From contig CAXXHB010000003.1 in NCBI GenBank assembly GCA_963664815.2, positions 3,616,001 through 3,680,000 on the forward strand: a DNA stretch of 64,000 bases, read 5' to 3'. Of the stretch, positions 50,298 through 60,517 are shown one piece after another (the first letter of the stretch is position 1; each line of letters begins with the position of its first letter). Below the pieces are notes generated by a model. That model made no database searches. It was given only the letters and a program-made list of their open reading frames with translations, and was not told the origin of the DNA. Made by a program: the position numbers and the translations under genes. This DNA comes from Spirochaetota bacterium (GTDB taxonomy: Bacteria; Spirochaetota; UBA4802; UBA5550).

Positions 50298-52094
50298 ATG
50301 GATTTATCTCTCATAAGAAATTTTTCAATTATTGCTCACATAGATCACGGGAAATCAACCCTGGCCGACAGACTCATCGAGAAATGCCGCCTTGTCAATG
50401 ACCGGAACAGAAAAGATCAGATGCTTGACACCATGGATATTGAGCGTGAAAGAGGAATTACCATAAAATCAAACGCCATAACACTCAATTACATTGCTGA
50501 AAACGGCATTGATTATACATTTAATCTTATAGATACTCCCGGTCACGTTGATTTTACATACGAGGTATCCCGGGCGCTTTCCTCCTGCGACGGTGTAATT
50601 CTCATTGTTGATGCATCACAGGGAGTTGAAGCGCAGACAATAGCCAATTTCTACCTCGCTCTTGAAAACGATCTTGAGATACTCCCTGTAATAAATAAAA
50701 TCGATATGCCAAGTGCTGATATTCCATCCACAAAAAACCAGATTGAAAAAATCCTCGGCCTTGATACGGAAGACGCTGTTCTCACTTCTGCAAAACAGGG
50801 TATCGGGATTGACGAGCTTCTTGAAAAAATAGTTGAATATATTCCCGCACCGAAAGGGAAAGAGGATTCCCCGCTTAAGGCGCTTATCTTCGATTCATTC
50901 TACGACCAGTACCTCGGTGCTGTTATAAAGGTGAGAATTTTTGACGGCAGGGTGAAGAAGGATGATGTAATTAAATTCTATGCCACAGGAAAGGAATTTA
51001 CTGTAGTTGAAGTAGGAGTGTTCAGGCTTGATCTTGAGAAGAGAGAGAGCCTTGGGCCCGGAGAGGTGGGATATATCGTTGCCGGCATTAAAAGTGTCGG
51101 AGATACAAAGATTGGCGATACTGTAACACTGGCAAAAAATCCGGCGCCGGAAGCGCTTCAGGGATTTAAAGATGTCAAGTCCATGGTCTTTTCAGGGCTT
51201 TACCCGATGTTCGGCGATGAATATGAAGCGCTGCGCGAAGCCCTTTTCAAACTTCAGCTTAACGATGCCTCTCTCCTGTTTGAGCCGGATAATTCATATG
51301 CCCTCGGTTTCGGGTTCAGATGCGGATACCTTGGACTGCTTCACATGGAGATTGTCCAGGAAAGGCTGGAGAGAGAGTTTGATATCTCTCTTATCACAAC
51401 AGCTCCAAGCGTTGAATATAAAATATACATGCAGAACGGAACAAAGATGACTATAGACAATCCTGTCAATATGCCCGACCCGGGATACATTGAACGCATT
51501 GAGGAACCATACGTTAAAGCGTCAATAGTAACGCCGAATGAATTTGTCGGAAACATAATGCAGCTTGTAACTGACAGCAGGGGAATCCATAAAAACATGG
51601 AGTACATTACAACCGACAGAATTCAGCTTACATATGAACTCCCCCTATCGGAAATTGTCTTTAACTTCTATGACAAATTGAAATCCATCTCGCGCGGATA
51701 TGCCTCGTTTGATTATGACCCGATAGATTTCCGGCCATCCGACATGGTCAAGGTCGATATACTTGTCAATGGCGAGCCCGTTGATGCGCTCTCTTTTATT
51801 GTTCATAAGGATAAGGCAAGAACAAGGGGGAAGGACATTATTGAGAAGCTGAAGGATATAATCCCCAAGCATCAGTTTAAAATACCCCTCCAGGCTGCTA
51901 TCGGGGCAAACATTATTGCAAGAGAGAATATCTCTGCCGTAAGAAAGGATGTTACTGCAAAATGCTACGGCGGCGATATTTCAAGAAAAAGAAAACTTCT
52001 TGATAAGCAGAAAGAGGGGAAGAAGAGAATGAAACTTGTGGGTTCCGTGGAAATTCCCCAGGAGGCTTTCCTTACGATACTTAAAATTGACTGA
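50298..52094 (+). CDS. lepA: Elongation factor 4
   Basis: [53 protein letters not shown]. Confidence 0.99.
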   Translation: MDLSLIRNFSIIAHIDHGKSTLADRLIEKCRLVNDRNRKDQMLDTMDIERERGITIKSNAITLNYIAENGIDYTFNLIDTPGHVDFTYEVSRALSSCDGVILIVDASQGVEAQTIANFYLALENDLEILPVINKIDMPSADIPSTKNQIEKILGLDTEDAVLTSAKQGIGIDELLEKIVEYIPAPKGKEDSPLKALIFDSFYDQYLGAVIKVRIFDGRVKKDDVIKFYATGKEFTVVEVGVFRLDLEKRESLGPGEVGYIVAGIKSVGDTKIGDTVTLAKNPAPEALQGFKDVKSMVFSGLYPMFGDEYEALREALFKLQLNDASLLFEPDNSYALGFGFRCGYLGLLHMEIVQERLEREFDISLITTAPSVEYKIYMQNGTKMTIDNPVNMPDPGYIERIEEPYVKASIVTPNEFVGNIMQLVTDSRGIHKNMEYITTDRIQLTYELPLSEIVFNFYDKLKSISRGYASFDYDPIDFRPSDMVKVDILVNGEPVDALSFIVHKDKARTRGKDIIEKLKDIIPKHQFKIPLQAAIGANIIARENISAVRKDVTAKCYGGDISRKRKLLDKQKEGKKRMKLVGSVEIPQEAFLTILKID

Positions 52095-52101
52095 AAAAAA
52101 T

Positions 52102-52128
52102 CCCTCACCGGCGGAATGCCGTTGAGGG
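52102..52128 (+). terminator. Hairpin after lepA
   Basis: CCCTCACCGGC-GGAAT-GCCGTTGAGGG. Confidence 0.6.
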
Positions 52129-52184
52129 TGAACCTCAATGCAAACATCGAATTGAATAATATATCTCTGATAAAAGTTAATCAA

Positions 52185-52367
52185 CAAGCATTTCTTTGAT
52201 GATTCAGTCCATCCTTCGCGGACTTTATGAACTGGTTTAAGAATTATTTTATCTCTTTTATCACTTATTACAAGTTCTATCTGATTCTCAATATTCATCT
52301 CTTTAAGGATCTGATTTGGAATTCTTATTCCTTTTGAATTTCCAATCTGAATTATTTTTGCTATCAT
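52185..52367 (-). pseudogene. Orphan AbrB/MazE-type antitoxin, probably truncated
   Basis: MIAKIIQIGNSKGIRIP...ILKP...REGW. The ORF then runs on through the lepA terminator and 3' end. No toxin gene follows. Confidence 0.7.
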
Positions 52368-52622
52368 AAAAAGACCTCATCTATGTAATTACAACTGAAA
52401 TTTTAAATGAAAATCAGGTAATACTACCCGAACTTTTTATAATATTTTTATATCTCCGTAGCATAGCGCATAATGCATATACTTTTAAATATCTCTCATG
52501 CAATCACCCTGAATTTGAAACAACTCAGGCTGCCAAATATCACCTTACAGGAAGCAGAAAAATTAAACTGAATTGACAATTACTGATTTTTATATCAGAA
52601 GTAAATTAATTTTTCACAGGAG

Positions 52623-53519
52623 ATGTTTATGGAAAAGAAAAAACTTGTTTTCGCAGTCATTACTCTGCTTTTTTCCATGTTTACAGGAAGCCTCAATTCC
52701 GGCGAGCTGAAACCCGGCAAAGTAAAGTGCTTCGGTAATATTGAAGCAGTTTTTATCAAAGGCGGAACATTTATTATGGGCAGCCCCGAAAATGAAAAAG
52801 AAAGAGATAATGATGAAAGACAGCATAAAGTTACATTATCATCTTTCTGGATTGGCAAATATGAAATTACACAGAAACAGTATACAGAGATCACAGGAAC
52901 AAATCCTGCTTATATCAAGGGGGGCACACTTCCGGCAGAAGGTGTCAGCTGGTATGATGCAGTTGAATTCTGCAATATACTCAGTAAAAAAAACGGACTT
53001 AAACCCTACTACGCTATTAATAAAATAATAAAAGTTTCTGAGAATAGGAACGGCAACAACAATGCCGGATATATTGTAACTATAACCGGAGGTAACGGGT
53101 TTCGGCTGCCCTCAGAAGCTGAATGGGAATATGCCTGCCGCGCAGGTACTACAACGGCATTCAGTTATGGCAACAGCCTGGACTGTACTATGGCCAATTT
53201 CGATGGCGAGGAATCATACAACGCCGGTAAAGGGACATGCGGGCTAAAAGCAGTGCCTGTTGGCAGCTATAAACCAAATGCTTACGGGCTTTTTGACATG
53301 CATGGCAATATACAGGAGTGGTGCCTGGACTGGTATGGAGAATATGATACTGTTACGAATGATCCCAAAGGGGCCGGCAGTGGCGACTTCAAAGTGATTC
53401 GAAGCGGTGGCTTTGATCTTGCAGGTAAGCATCAGCGTTCTGCATCCCGGAGTTTTGCCGATCCACAAAACAGGTGGGACGGACACATAGGCTTTCGAAT
53501 TGCCTATTCTGCCGAATGA
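52623..53519 (+). CDS. Exported FGE-sulfatase domain protein
   Basis: FIMGSP, YEITQ, RLPSEAEWEYACRAG, GLFDMHGNIQEWC, GFRI. Confidence 0.92.
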   Translation: MFMEKKKLVFAVITLLFSMFTGSLNSGELKPGKVKCFGNIEAVFIKGGTFIMGSPENEKERDNDERQHKVTLSSFWIGKYEITQKQYTEITGTNPAYIKGGTLPAEGVSWYDAVEFCNILSKKNGLKPYYAINKIIKVSENRNGNNNAGYIVTITGGNGFRLPSEAEWEYACRAGTTTAFSYGNSLDCTMANFDGEESYNAGKGTCGLKAVPVGSYKPNAYGLFDMHGNIQEWCLDWYGEYDTVTNDPKGAGSGDFKVIRSGGFDLAGKHQRSASRSFADPQNRWDGHIGFRIAYSAE

Positions 53520-53520
53520 T

Positions 53521-53945
53521 TTCTCATTTTCTATATTTTCTTTCCAATATAAAACACATACCCGTAATATTCTTTATACTTATGATAAAGTTCAGCTCCA
53601 TGCTTTTCGTATTTTACAAACTCTTCGGCAGATTTATTACCTTTGTATTTATCCAGAAATATTTTTTGCGCCGTCATTTCCGGAACAAAAAAAATTGTCA
53701 ATCCAGCAGATTTCAGGCAATATGAATGATGCCATAACAACATAGCCCCCCTTTTTCAAAACCAATATTATATATTGCTCCCTCACACCAGATAAGGTCT
53801 AATTCATTTAATTGAAAATCGAGTTTATCCATTGAACCGATAACCCCTTTAACTCTGCTGTGAAGATTCAGTTTTTGTGCATTGTCATTCAGTTTGTCGA
53901 TAAAACCTGGGAATAAATCAATGCCTGTAATATTTCCTGGAGTAT
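53521..53945 (-). pseudogene. Decayed partial duplicate of the methyltransferase gene at 55630-56403
   Basis: Near-identical to 55621-56204, with 129-bp and 32-bp deletions, a +1 A and a few substitutions. Confidence 0.93.
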
Positions 53946-53976
53946 GGGAATAAGTTCTGACTTTTACAAATAATAA

Positions 53977-54465
53977 TTACGGCTTTCGTTGCTTATCTTT
54001 TGGTATATTTATAATTCCAGCTCCATCAACCAACCATTTATTATTCTGGAAAACAATTTTTACAGTTACTGAATATACTTCCCAATCAATTCCACCGAGC
54101 GTCACATAGCCGGATGCACTATCATATTTTAATATTTTAAATCCTTTATCCGGATAAGCCTGAGCGTCAAAAATTGGATCAAAATCCAATCCGACTTCCG
54201 GTTCTTCCTTATAAGCATCAGTCAAAATCTTTTTATAAGTTGATTTAAATCTATCAGTCAGCAAAGTGTTGTTTTCAATCCATTTATCAACATCAGCTTT
54301 TTCTGTACGCATATCGCAGAACTTTTTATAGCTATCCATAAATTTTAATGCAACATATGCATTTGCTGTCTTCATATTTTGAGATTTTTTATCAGCAGGT
54401 TGTGACATTATTTGTAAATCACAACAAAAAATCATTATTAAACTCAAATAAATAAACTGCTTCAT
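53977..54465 (-). CDS. Exported DUF3828-like protein
   Basis: Signal peptide, DFDPIFDAQ motif, terminal KWLVD. Confidence 0.55.
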   Translation of the reverse strand: MKQFIYLSLIMIFCCDLQIMSQPADKKSQNMKTANAYVALKFMDSYKKFCDMRTEKADVDKWIENNTLLTDRFKSTYKKILTDAYKEEPEVGLDFDPIFDAQAYPDKGFKILKYDSASGYVTLGGIDWEVYSVTVKIVFQNNKWLVDGAGIINIPKDKQRKP

Positions 54466-54514
54466 TTCTCAATACTCCTTGGCAAATATTTATGTATGAA
54501 GGCTTTTTCAACAT

Positions 54515-54620
54515 TGCCCACAATGATCCTGGCTAAACGACATCGAAACGGTTTTTACCACCATATGGCGAATCCCAAGTGAGGGACTCCGGCGCGGCGG
54601 GTAAGCCTTGAGTCTGTCGC
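54515..54620 (-). repeat. Degenerate attC-like site
   Basis: GC-richer intergenic element. TGCCCACAAT...GGCTAAACGACATCG shares ACGACATCG with the site at 56919. Confidence 0.4.
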
Positions 54621-54904
54621 AAAAATAAACATTAATTTACAAACACACAGGATGTGAATAATATCAATCATCTTTTTAAAAAAAGATATGAAGAAAACGG
54701 AATAGATCTGTATCTTCCTGAAGGAAAATATTTAAGGTGATAATATAAAATATTTCAGAAGATACCCGATCTTCGGGATACAGACAGGATTGTAAAAATA
54801 AAAACAGCATTATTCAGCTGATCTTATTTTATGCTGCTGAATTTTGATTTTAAAAAGTTACTTTTACGATATATTCCTTTGCTATACGAAGTTTAGCCTC
54901 TTTT

Positions 54905-55120
54905 TTATTTCCAGTTGAATTTTAGTTTCTTACGGCTTTTGGCACAATCACTCAGATACAAATTCATTAATTTTTGATATGGAATTCCTATTTCTCCAGC
55001 CAACGATTTGAAGTAATCAATAGTATCTTCATCTATTCTTATCGTAATCTGCTTTTTAAGTTTACCTGAATATGGATTCTTAATTGAATTTTCAAAATTA
55101 TATTCTTTTCTCATTTTCAA
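54905..55120 (-). CDS. BrnA/CopG-like antitoxin
   Basis: MRKEYNF....KNPY, KKQITIRID, GIPYQ.LMNLYL; overlaps the toxin stop. Confidence 0.88.
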   Translation of the reverse strand: MKMRKEYNFENSIKNPYSGKLKKQITIRIDEDTIDYFKSLAGEIGIPYQKLMNLYLSDCAKSRKKLKFNWK

Positions 55121-55404
55121 AACTCCTGATATTGCTTTTTCTCATTCTTTGTTGCTTTTCTTGCAGATATGATTCTTATTGCCTCATTCTCTTCACGATA
55201 GCAATGGCAAACAACAAGAATATTCAACATTTCACTTAATCCGAGAATAAGAAATCTCTCCTCATCTTCAGAGTGATCCGGATCATGCATCAATCGTGCA
55301 TTATCATCATAAAATACAGATTTAGCTTCCTCAAAAGATATTCCGTGTTTCTGAATATTGGTGTAATTTTTCTTATTATCCCATGTAAAGGAAATGCTTT
55401 TCAT
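55117..55404 (-). CDS. BrnT family toxin
   Basis: FTWD..KN..N..KHGISFEEA..VF.D, EERF..LG, IRIISARKAT. Confidence 0.92.
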   Translation of the reverse strand: MKSISFTWDNKKNYTNIQKHGISFEEAKSVFYDDNARLMHDPDHSEDEERFLILGLSEMLNILVVCHCYREENEAIRIISARKATKNEKKQYQEF

Positions 55405-55629
55405 AATTATATTTTAATTATAAAATAATTATATGTCAAATCAAAATTACCTGCTTAATCTTTTTTAATTTTATTTCAGGTGTTGTTCCTAATGCAAAAG
55501 CAACTTTTCCGGGAAAAGAAAGAGATACATTTTTATAATTTCCTGATTCAAGGCGGGCAATTGCCGGTTGTGATGTCCCAACGTTTAAAGCCAATTCTTT
55601 CTGTGCAAGATGATTAGTTTTTCTCAGTT

Positions 55630-56403
55630 CTATATTTTCTTTCCAATATAAAACACATACCCGTAATATTCTTTATACTTATAATAAAGTTCAGCTCCAT
55701 GCTTTTCGTATTTTACAAACTCTTCGGCAGATTTATTACCTTTGTATTTTTCCAGAAATATTTTTTGCGCCGTCATTTCCGGAACAAAAAAATTGTCAAT
55801 CCAGCAGATTTCAGGCAATATGAACGATGCCATAACAACATAGCCTGCTTTCTGCATTTGAGCAATTTTATTTGGAATGGTGTCTATTTCAGGATATGCT
55901 TCATTCCAGAAATCAAATATTTCCTTTGGCCGATCTTCTGTAAACCATGATGCATCAGTAACAGCAACATAGCCCCCCTTTTTCAAAAACCTGTTCCAGT
56001 AGTTCATACCTTTTTCAAAACCAATATTATATATTGCTCCCTCACACCAGATAAGATCTAATTCATTTAATTGAAAATCGAGTTTATCCATTGAACCGAT
56101 AACCCCTTTAACTCTGCTGTGAAGATTCAGTTTTTGTGCATTGTCATTCAGTTTGTCGATAAAACCGGGGAACAAATCAATGCCTGTAATATTTCCTGGA
56201 GTATTTTGAGCCAGAACTATGGTCTGACCTCCGGTACCGCAACCGAGATCAGCGATGTTTGATTTTTCGTGTATATTATCAATAAAGCTCAATGCTTTTA
56301 TTGTCGCCTCACGGCTTCCCGGGCCCTGACGATCCATAGTGGAAAAAAATTCGCAAATTAATGAAATATCAAAATCGTGAATATTATGCTCTTTATCGCT
56401 CAT
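55630..56403 (-). CDS. Class I SAM-dependent methyltransferase
   Basis: [41 protein letters not shown] before 56403. Confidence 0.92.
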   Translation of the reverse strand: MSDKEHNIHDFDISLICEFFSTMDRQGPGSREATIKALSFIDNIHEKSNIADLGCGTGGQTIVLAQNTPGNITGIDLFPGFIDKLNDNAQKLNLHSRVKGVIGSMDKLDFQLNELDLIWCEGAIYNIGFEKGMNYWNRFLKKGGYVAVTDASWFTEDRPKEIFDFWNEAYPEIDTIPNKIAQMQKAGYVVMASFILPEICWIDNFFVPEMTAQKIFLEKYKGNKSAEEFVKYEKHGAELYYKYKEYYGYVFYIGKKI

Positions 56404-56512
56404 TTTATGTTCCTCCGGGAACCTGATGATGCTATAGTTTATTTTATACAATATACTTTTACGGTGACATGGATGACGCTGTTAAAATTGTCTCCGTCAT
56501 ATAACATTGGCA

Positions 56513-56893
56513 TTATCTATTTTTCACAAATTCAATCAATTCAATTGGTGCTCCATTATGCTCAACCATTGCGACTCTGACCCCATCTGAAGGTATATCC
56601 GGATTTGTTATTATTTTTAAATCACGGTTTTTTAATTCAAAATCCAGGTTTTCTACTTCAAATGCAATATGCGGAACCGTCTGAATTAATTTATCAATCG
56701 GACTATCTTTCTCAAATCTCATCCATTCAATTCCGAAGGGACTGCTGCTGAATCCTGAAACATAGAACTTAAACTGTGGTAAATATTTTTCACCGGACAT
56801 TATCTTATCTGTCGGAATTCCCAGATGATGATATTTCCATCCCCACTTTTCTGTCACTTCAGGTAGTTCATAATCAAGTCTTATTTTTTGCAT
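56513..56893 (-). CDS. VOC/glyoxalase-like small protein
   Basis: YHHLGIPT, PHIAFEV, GAPIELIEF. Confidence 0.75.
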   Translation of the reverse strand: MQKIRLDYELPEVTEKWGWKYHHLGIPTDKIMSGEKYLPQFKFYVSGFSSSPFGIEWMRFEKDSPIDKLIQTVPHIAFEVENLDFELKNRDLKIITNPDIPSDGVRVAMVEHNGAPIELIEFVKNR

Positions 56894-57093
56894 ATTATTC
56901 CCCGTTTTGTACAACCAGACGACATCGGTAACAAACTACAATGCTTTCTGTACCCTTGTACCATCTGTTTTATAAATAATCAACACATCTTCCGGCTCTT
57001 AAACCCTGCATGGCTTACATATATATCGGCATGTCTTTTTATATCTTTTTTTACGCTTACTATACGCTGATTTTCCTGACTATTCTTTATTCA

Positions 57094-57516
57094 TCATAAT
57101 TTTAAATTGTCATTTTGATCAAATTCCCAATACGGGTTAAATGCCACTTCAAATATATGTCCGTCAAAATCTTTAAAATAACCGCTGTAACCACCCCAGA
57201 AAACCTTCTGTGCCGGCTTAATAATTTCAGCGCCATATTTTTCAACTTCGATCAATACTTCATCAACTTCTGCTTCAGATTTTGCATTGTATGATATTGT
57301 TATTCCGGAAAATTCAGATTTGACATTCTTTAACATCGCATCCTCGGCAAGTTTCTGACGCGGATATAAGGCCAGTGTTATGCCTCCCAAAGGGAATAAT
57401 GCAAGATGATCCATGCTCAGTTTTGATTTTTTCCAGCCCAACCCTTTTTCATAAAAGTTCAATGACTTTTCAAAATTATCAACTCCCAACGTTATCAAAT
57501 TCATTTTTTGCCGCAT
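57094..57516 (-). CDS. VOC family (glyoxalase/bleomycin resistance) protein
   Basis: LITLGV, FY..GLGW, FWGGYSGYFKD.DGH.FEVA.NP. Confidence 0.9.
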   Translation of the reverse strand: MRQKMNLITLGVDNFEKSLNFYEKGLGWKKSKLSMDHLALFPLGGITLALYPRQKLAEDAMLKNVKSEFSGITISYNAKSEAEVDEVLIEVEKYGAEIIKPAQKVFWGGYSGYFKDFDGHIFEVAFNPYWEFDQNDNLKL

Positions 57517-57584
57517 AAATATATCCCTCAATATATATTATTTTTAATCCCATCCGCGCATGAATGCGTGGTCATTCCTTAAAT

Positions 57585-57718
57585 TGTCATACCATGACTC
57601 CGGCATACCAACGCTTTGCTTATGCGGCGTTTCGCGGCCTTTTACGGGATGCGGCGCAGCCCGAACGACCGGCAGTGAGTGAAGCACATAAGCTTTGCAG
57701 CTGTATCGTTGTTTGCGA
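57585..57718 (-). repeat. attC-like site
   Basis: Nested inverted repeats (GCTTATG/CATAAGC), core GGATGCGGCGCAGCCC, outer GTT box abutting the stop codon at 57721. Confidence 0.55.
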
Positions 57719-57720
57719 TT

Positions 57721-58134
57721 TTAAGAATATGACTGAATTATTTTTTCTGACCAGAATGTATCAAAAATATTGGCTGCGCCTCCATGTTCAACAATTTTAT
57801 TATCAATGACTTTGTCAATGTTCACTCCAGTAAACAGTAATTTTTTTCCTGATGGTTTTATTCCCAGCCATTCACCAAGATGTGTTCCCTCAGTAATTAT
57901 TTCTGAAATGACAAAATCTCTATCTATATGCTGCCGAACAATTTTAATCTTAAGATCAGGATAAGTTATCCTGACATCGATCAGATGCTGCTTCATACCT
58001 TCCAATCCTATTGGTATTATGGTTTCACCACTTCTTGCGGTGCAGTCAACTGATACATAATTTTCAACTTCATTTATGAGATTATTGGAAACAATATTCT
58101 CATAAAACTCCTTTATCATCTGTTTTTTGTCCAT
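57721..58134 (-). CDS. SnoaL-like/ester cyclase family protein
   Basis: TYPDL, GTHLGEWLGIKPSGK, KIVEH. Confidence 0.88.
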   Translation of the reverse strand: MDKKQMIKEFYENIVSNNLINEVENYVSVDCTARSGETIIPIGLEGMKQHLIDVRITYPDLKIKIVRQHIDRDFVISEIITEGTHLGEWLGIKPSGKKLLFTGVNIDKVIDNKIVEHGGAANIFDTFWSEKIIQSYS

Positions 58135-58173
58135 ATATTACCTCCTTAAATTAGTTTGGCATTTGTTATTTAT

Positions 58174-59142
58174 CTAAATGTTTACAACGACATTACCTTT
58201 TTCGAGCCCTCTTTCAATATATCGGTGAGCTTCAACCATTTGTTCCAATGGAAAACTCTGGTCTATTATTGTTTTTAACTTTCCTTCCTTAAAAAGCTTA
58301 ATAATTTCTTTGAGAAAGGTTAAACGTTCAGAAACCGGCCTGAGCCCTGTTGCCGAAAACACAACTTTTTTACTATTGAATCTTGAAGTTAAAAAGGTTT
58401 GAAAAAGAATTGAAATCGTCGGGTAAGTCGTCAGGTAAAACCCTCTTTTACCAAGTGAGTTTTTGAACTTTAAAGCTGAAGGTTTGCCTGACGCATCTAA
58501 TATGATATCATAAGTCAGACCATTTTTTGTAAAATCCTCTATGGTATTATCAATTACGTTATCAGCTCCCAGATTTTTCACCATTTCAAAACTGGATGAA
58601 CTGCACACTCCCGTAACTTCCGCCCCAAACACTTTGGCTATTTGTACAGCAGCCAAACCTATATTACCGGAAGCTCCATAGATGAGAACTCTTTGCCCAC
58701 TCTGAATATTTGCTATTGCTTTCAAAAGGTTCCATGCTGCCAATGCCCCGCATACAGGTGCCGCTTCATTGTCGGACAGTTCGGGAGGCTTTATTGACAA
58801 TAAACCAGCTTCATGCATACACATATACTCGGCATAACAACCAAAACCTGAACCAGTGACGCCGAAAACCCTGTCACCTTTTTTAAACAGCGTTACACCT
58901 TTGCCAACTTCTTCAATTTCTCCACAAAATTCAGTACCAAATATCGGTTTTCTGGGTTTAGTTAAACCAATAAAAACTCTTGCAAAATAAGGTTTACCAT
59001 TTCGTTGCATAATATCCTCTATGCCTGTAAAAACAGTATATACCCTTATTAACAGTTCGTTGTTTTTCGGGACAGGTTTTTCCACCTCTTTGAGTTGAAG
59101 AACTTCCGATGGCCCGTATTTTTCACAGACAATGGCTTTCAT
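58174..59142 (-). CDS. NAD(P)-dependent alcohol dehydrogenase/quinone reductase (MDR family)
   Basis: MKAIV...YGP.EVL, VLIYGASGNIG, AHRYIE.G..KGNVV. Confidence 0.92.
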   Translation of the reverse strand: MKAIVCEKYGPSEVLQLKEVEKPVPKNNELLIRVYTVFTGIEDIMQRNGKPYFARVFIGLTKPRKPIFGTEFCGEIEEVGKGVTLFKKGDRVFGVTGSGFGCYAEYMCMHEAGLLSIKPPELSDNEAAPVCGALAAWNLLKAIANIQSGQRVLIYGASGNIGLAAVQIAKVFGAEVTGVCSSSSFEMVKNLGADNVIDNTIEDFTKNGLTYDIILDASGKPSALKFKNSLGKRGFYLTTYPTISILFQTFLTSRFNSKKVVFSATGLRPVSERLTFLKEIIKLFKEGKLKTIIDQSFPLEQMVEAHRYIERGLEKGNVVVNI

Positions 59143-59194
59143 TTTTTCCTCATTTCAAATTTATTTTCATTGTAATTCAACATCATGCGGTTTT

Positions 59195-59310
59195 ATTAAA
59201 CGTAAGGTTGTAACCGACATTCGCAGCAGGCGGATGCGGCTAAGCCCAGGCAATGCAAGTACAATGAATTGAGCACTGAGCGGAGCGATTACAGGCATTT
59301 GTTCACAATA
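59195..59310 (-). repeat. attC-like site
   Basis: AAC...TGTAACCGACATTCGC...GGATGCGGCTAAGCCC...GCGATTACA...GTT; core 14/16 identical to the site at 57647-57662. Confidence 0.55.
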
Positions 59311-59356
59311 ATGCTATCCACTCAACATGCATCATTTTTCTTTCCTGAGCGGCTGA

Positions 59357-59791
59357 TTAATCATCCAGTGCGATGGATGATTCTGCGGCCAATTTCAGAA
59401 GCCGTTTAAATTCTGCCCGTTCGGCATCCGTCATTTGCTGAGTCATGCGCCGGGAACACTCATCCATTTGATTTTTCACAAACGGATATACATTCCAGGC
59501 TTTTTCGGTTGGGCGGATGTCATATGTTCGTTTGTCCTTTTCACTGGCAGTACGAACCATAAATCCCATTTCCTCCAGTTTTGTCACGGTCTTTGCAATT
59601 ACACTTTTGTCAAGGCTGAGCCGCTTTGTTATACCATCCTGTGTCAGCACCTTAAAATCGCAAACGATCAAAATCACAACAGCCTGCGCGGCCGTAAGGG
59701 AATATTGTGCACAACCGTCGTTGAGCCAGAGGTGTGATTTCCTGTACAAAATAGAAATGGATTTAAATGTACTATCTATAGCGTTAAGCAT
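59357..59791 (-). CDS. MarR family transcriptional regulator
   Basis: LTQ..I...L.LDKS.IAKTV.KLE..GF, DKR...I..TEK. Confidence 0.92.
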   Translation of the reverse strand: MLNAIDSTFKSISILYRKSHLWLNDGCAQYSLTAAQAVVILIVCDFKVLTQDGITKRLSLDKSVIAKTVTKLEEMGFMVRTASEKDKRTYDIRPTEKAWNVYPFVKNQMDECSRRMTQQMTDAERAEFKRLLKLAAESSIALDD

Positions 59792-59914
59792 ACTTTGACC
59801 CTCTTTTATACGGAATTACTCCCGCTTGCCGGACAGGAAAAATTTCCTATGTGATTCGTTTCAGGCTACATTCCTATTTTTAAAGGGGGACTGCAGCCGA
59901 TTGTTGAACGGAAC

Positions 59915-60340
59915 CTGATTCAGTTAAAACAGTTCGATGTATTTAAAAAATTACCTGTTTTGCCTCTGCATGAATTCTGAGTTATTTATCATTGAGCAAT
60001 TCGGTTTTAAGCTTTCACCTTAAGAATTACACAGGGCATTATCCCAACAGTTCCCTTTTCGACTCATTCTGCAACTAAATCTTCTGCGCGCAATTTCTTT
60101 TTAATATTCTTCACAGCAATATTAAACCAATCGATCAGAATTGAAAAAGTCCGGCATCAGGATGCATTCCAGGGAAAGCATCCGTTAACGCGTTTGTCAC
60201 ATGTTCTTCCTGCATTCAACCGTACACAATCCCGAGCCGTCTTTTAATGAACGCCTGATTCTTTTACGGTTCTCCTGATAGTGTAACCATTCAGAATTCA
60301 AGGAACGGATAGTTTCCTTAATCCCCGTGATTATTTATTA
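59915..60340 (-). mobile_element. Highly decayed IS3-family transposase (integrase core) fragment
   Basis: Minus strand 60067-60035 reads MSRKGNCWDNA. NSDR..YCC lies upstream and LKTEL/YIE downstream, with stops and frameshifts. Boundaries approximate. Confidence 0.8.
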
Positions 60341-60409
60341 TCTCAGGGCGATTCCAGCCTGCTGTTTTAAATATAGTTCAATATTATAAGATTATTTTAA
60401 TTCATTATG

Positions 60410-60479
60410 GTGGCATTTGCAACTATTTATTGACACACAGTAATTCGTCCGCTATATGGATAAAAGTGGCACATGCCAC
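60410..60479 (+). promoter_or_regulatory. Sigma70-like promoter flanked by two palindromic operators (probably MarR)
   Basis: TTGACA(60430)-17nt-TATATG. GTGGCATTTGCAAC at 60410-60423 and GTGGCACATGCCAC at 60466-60479. Confidence 0.65.
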
Positions 60480-60517
60480 CATATTTTATACTTTATGCAT
60501 ATAAAGGAGCACTTTAC

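Noticed and set aside
51981-52184. C-terminal half of the 128-aa ORF as real protein
   Set aside because: It runs antisense through the lepA terminator and coding end, so it is probably read-through after truncation.
27037-53519. Three FGE/CLec-fold genes as targets of a diversity-generating retroelement
   Set aside because: No reverse transcriptase is present, and I found no template repeat matching any of their 3' ends with adenine-specific differences in this window.
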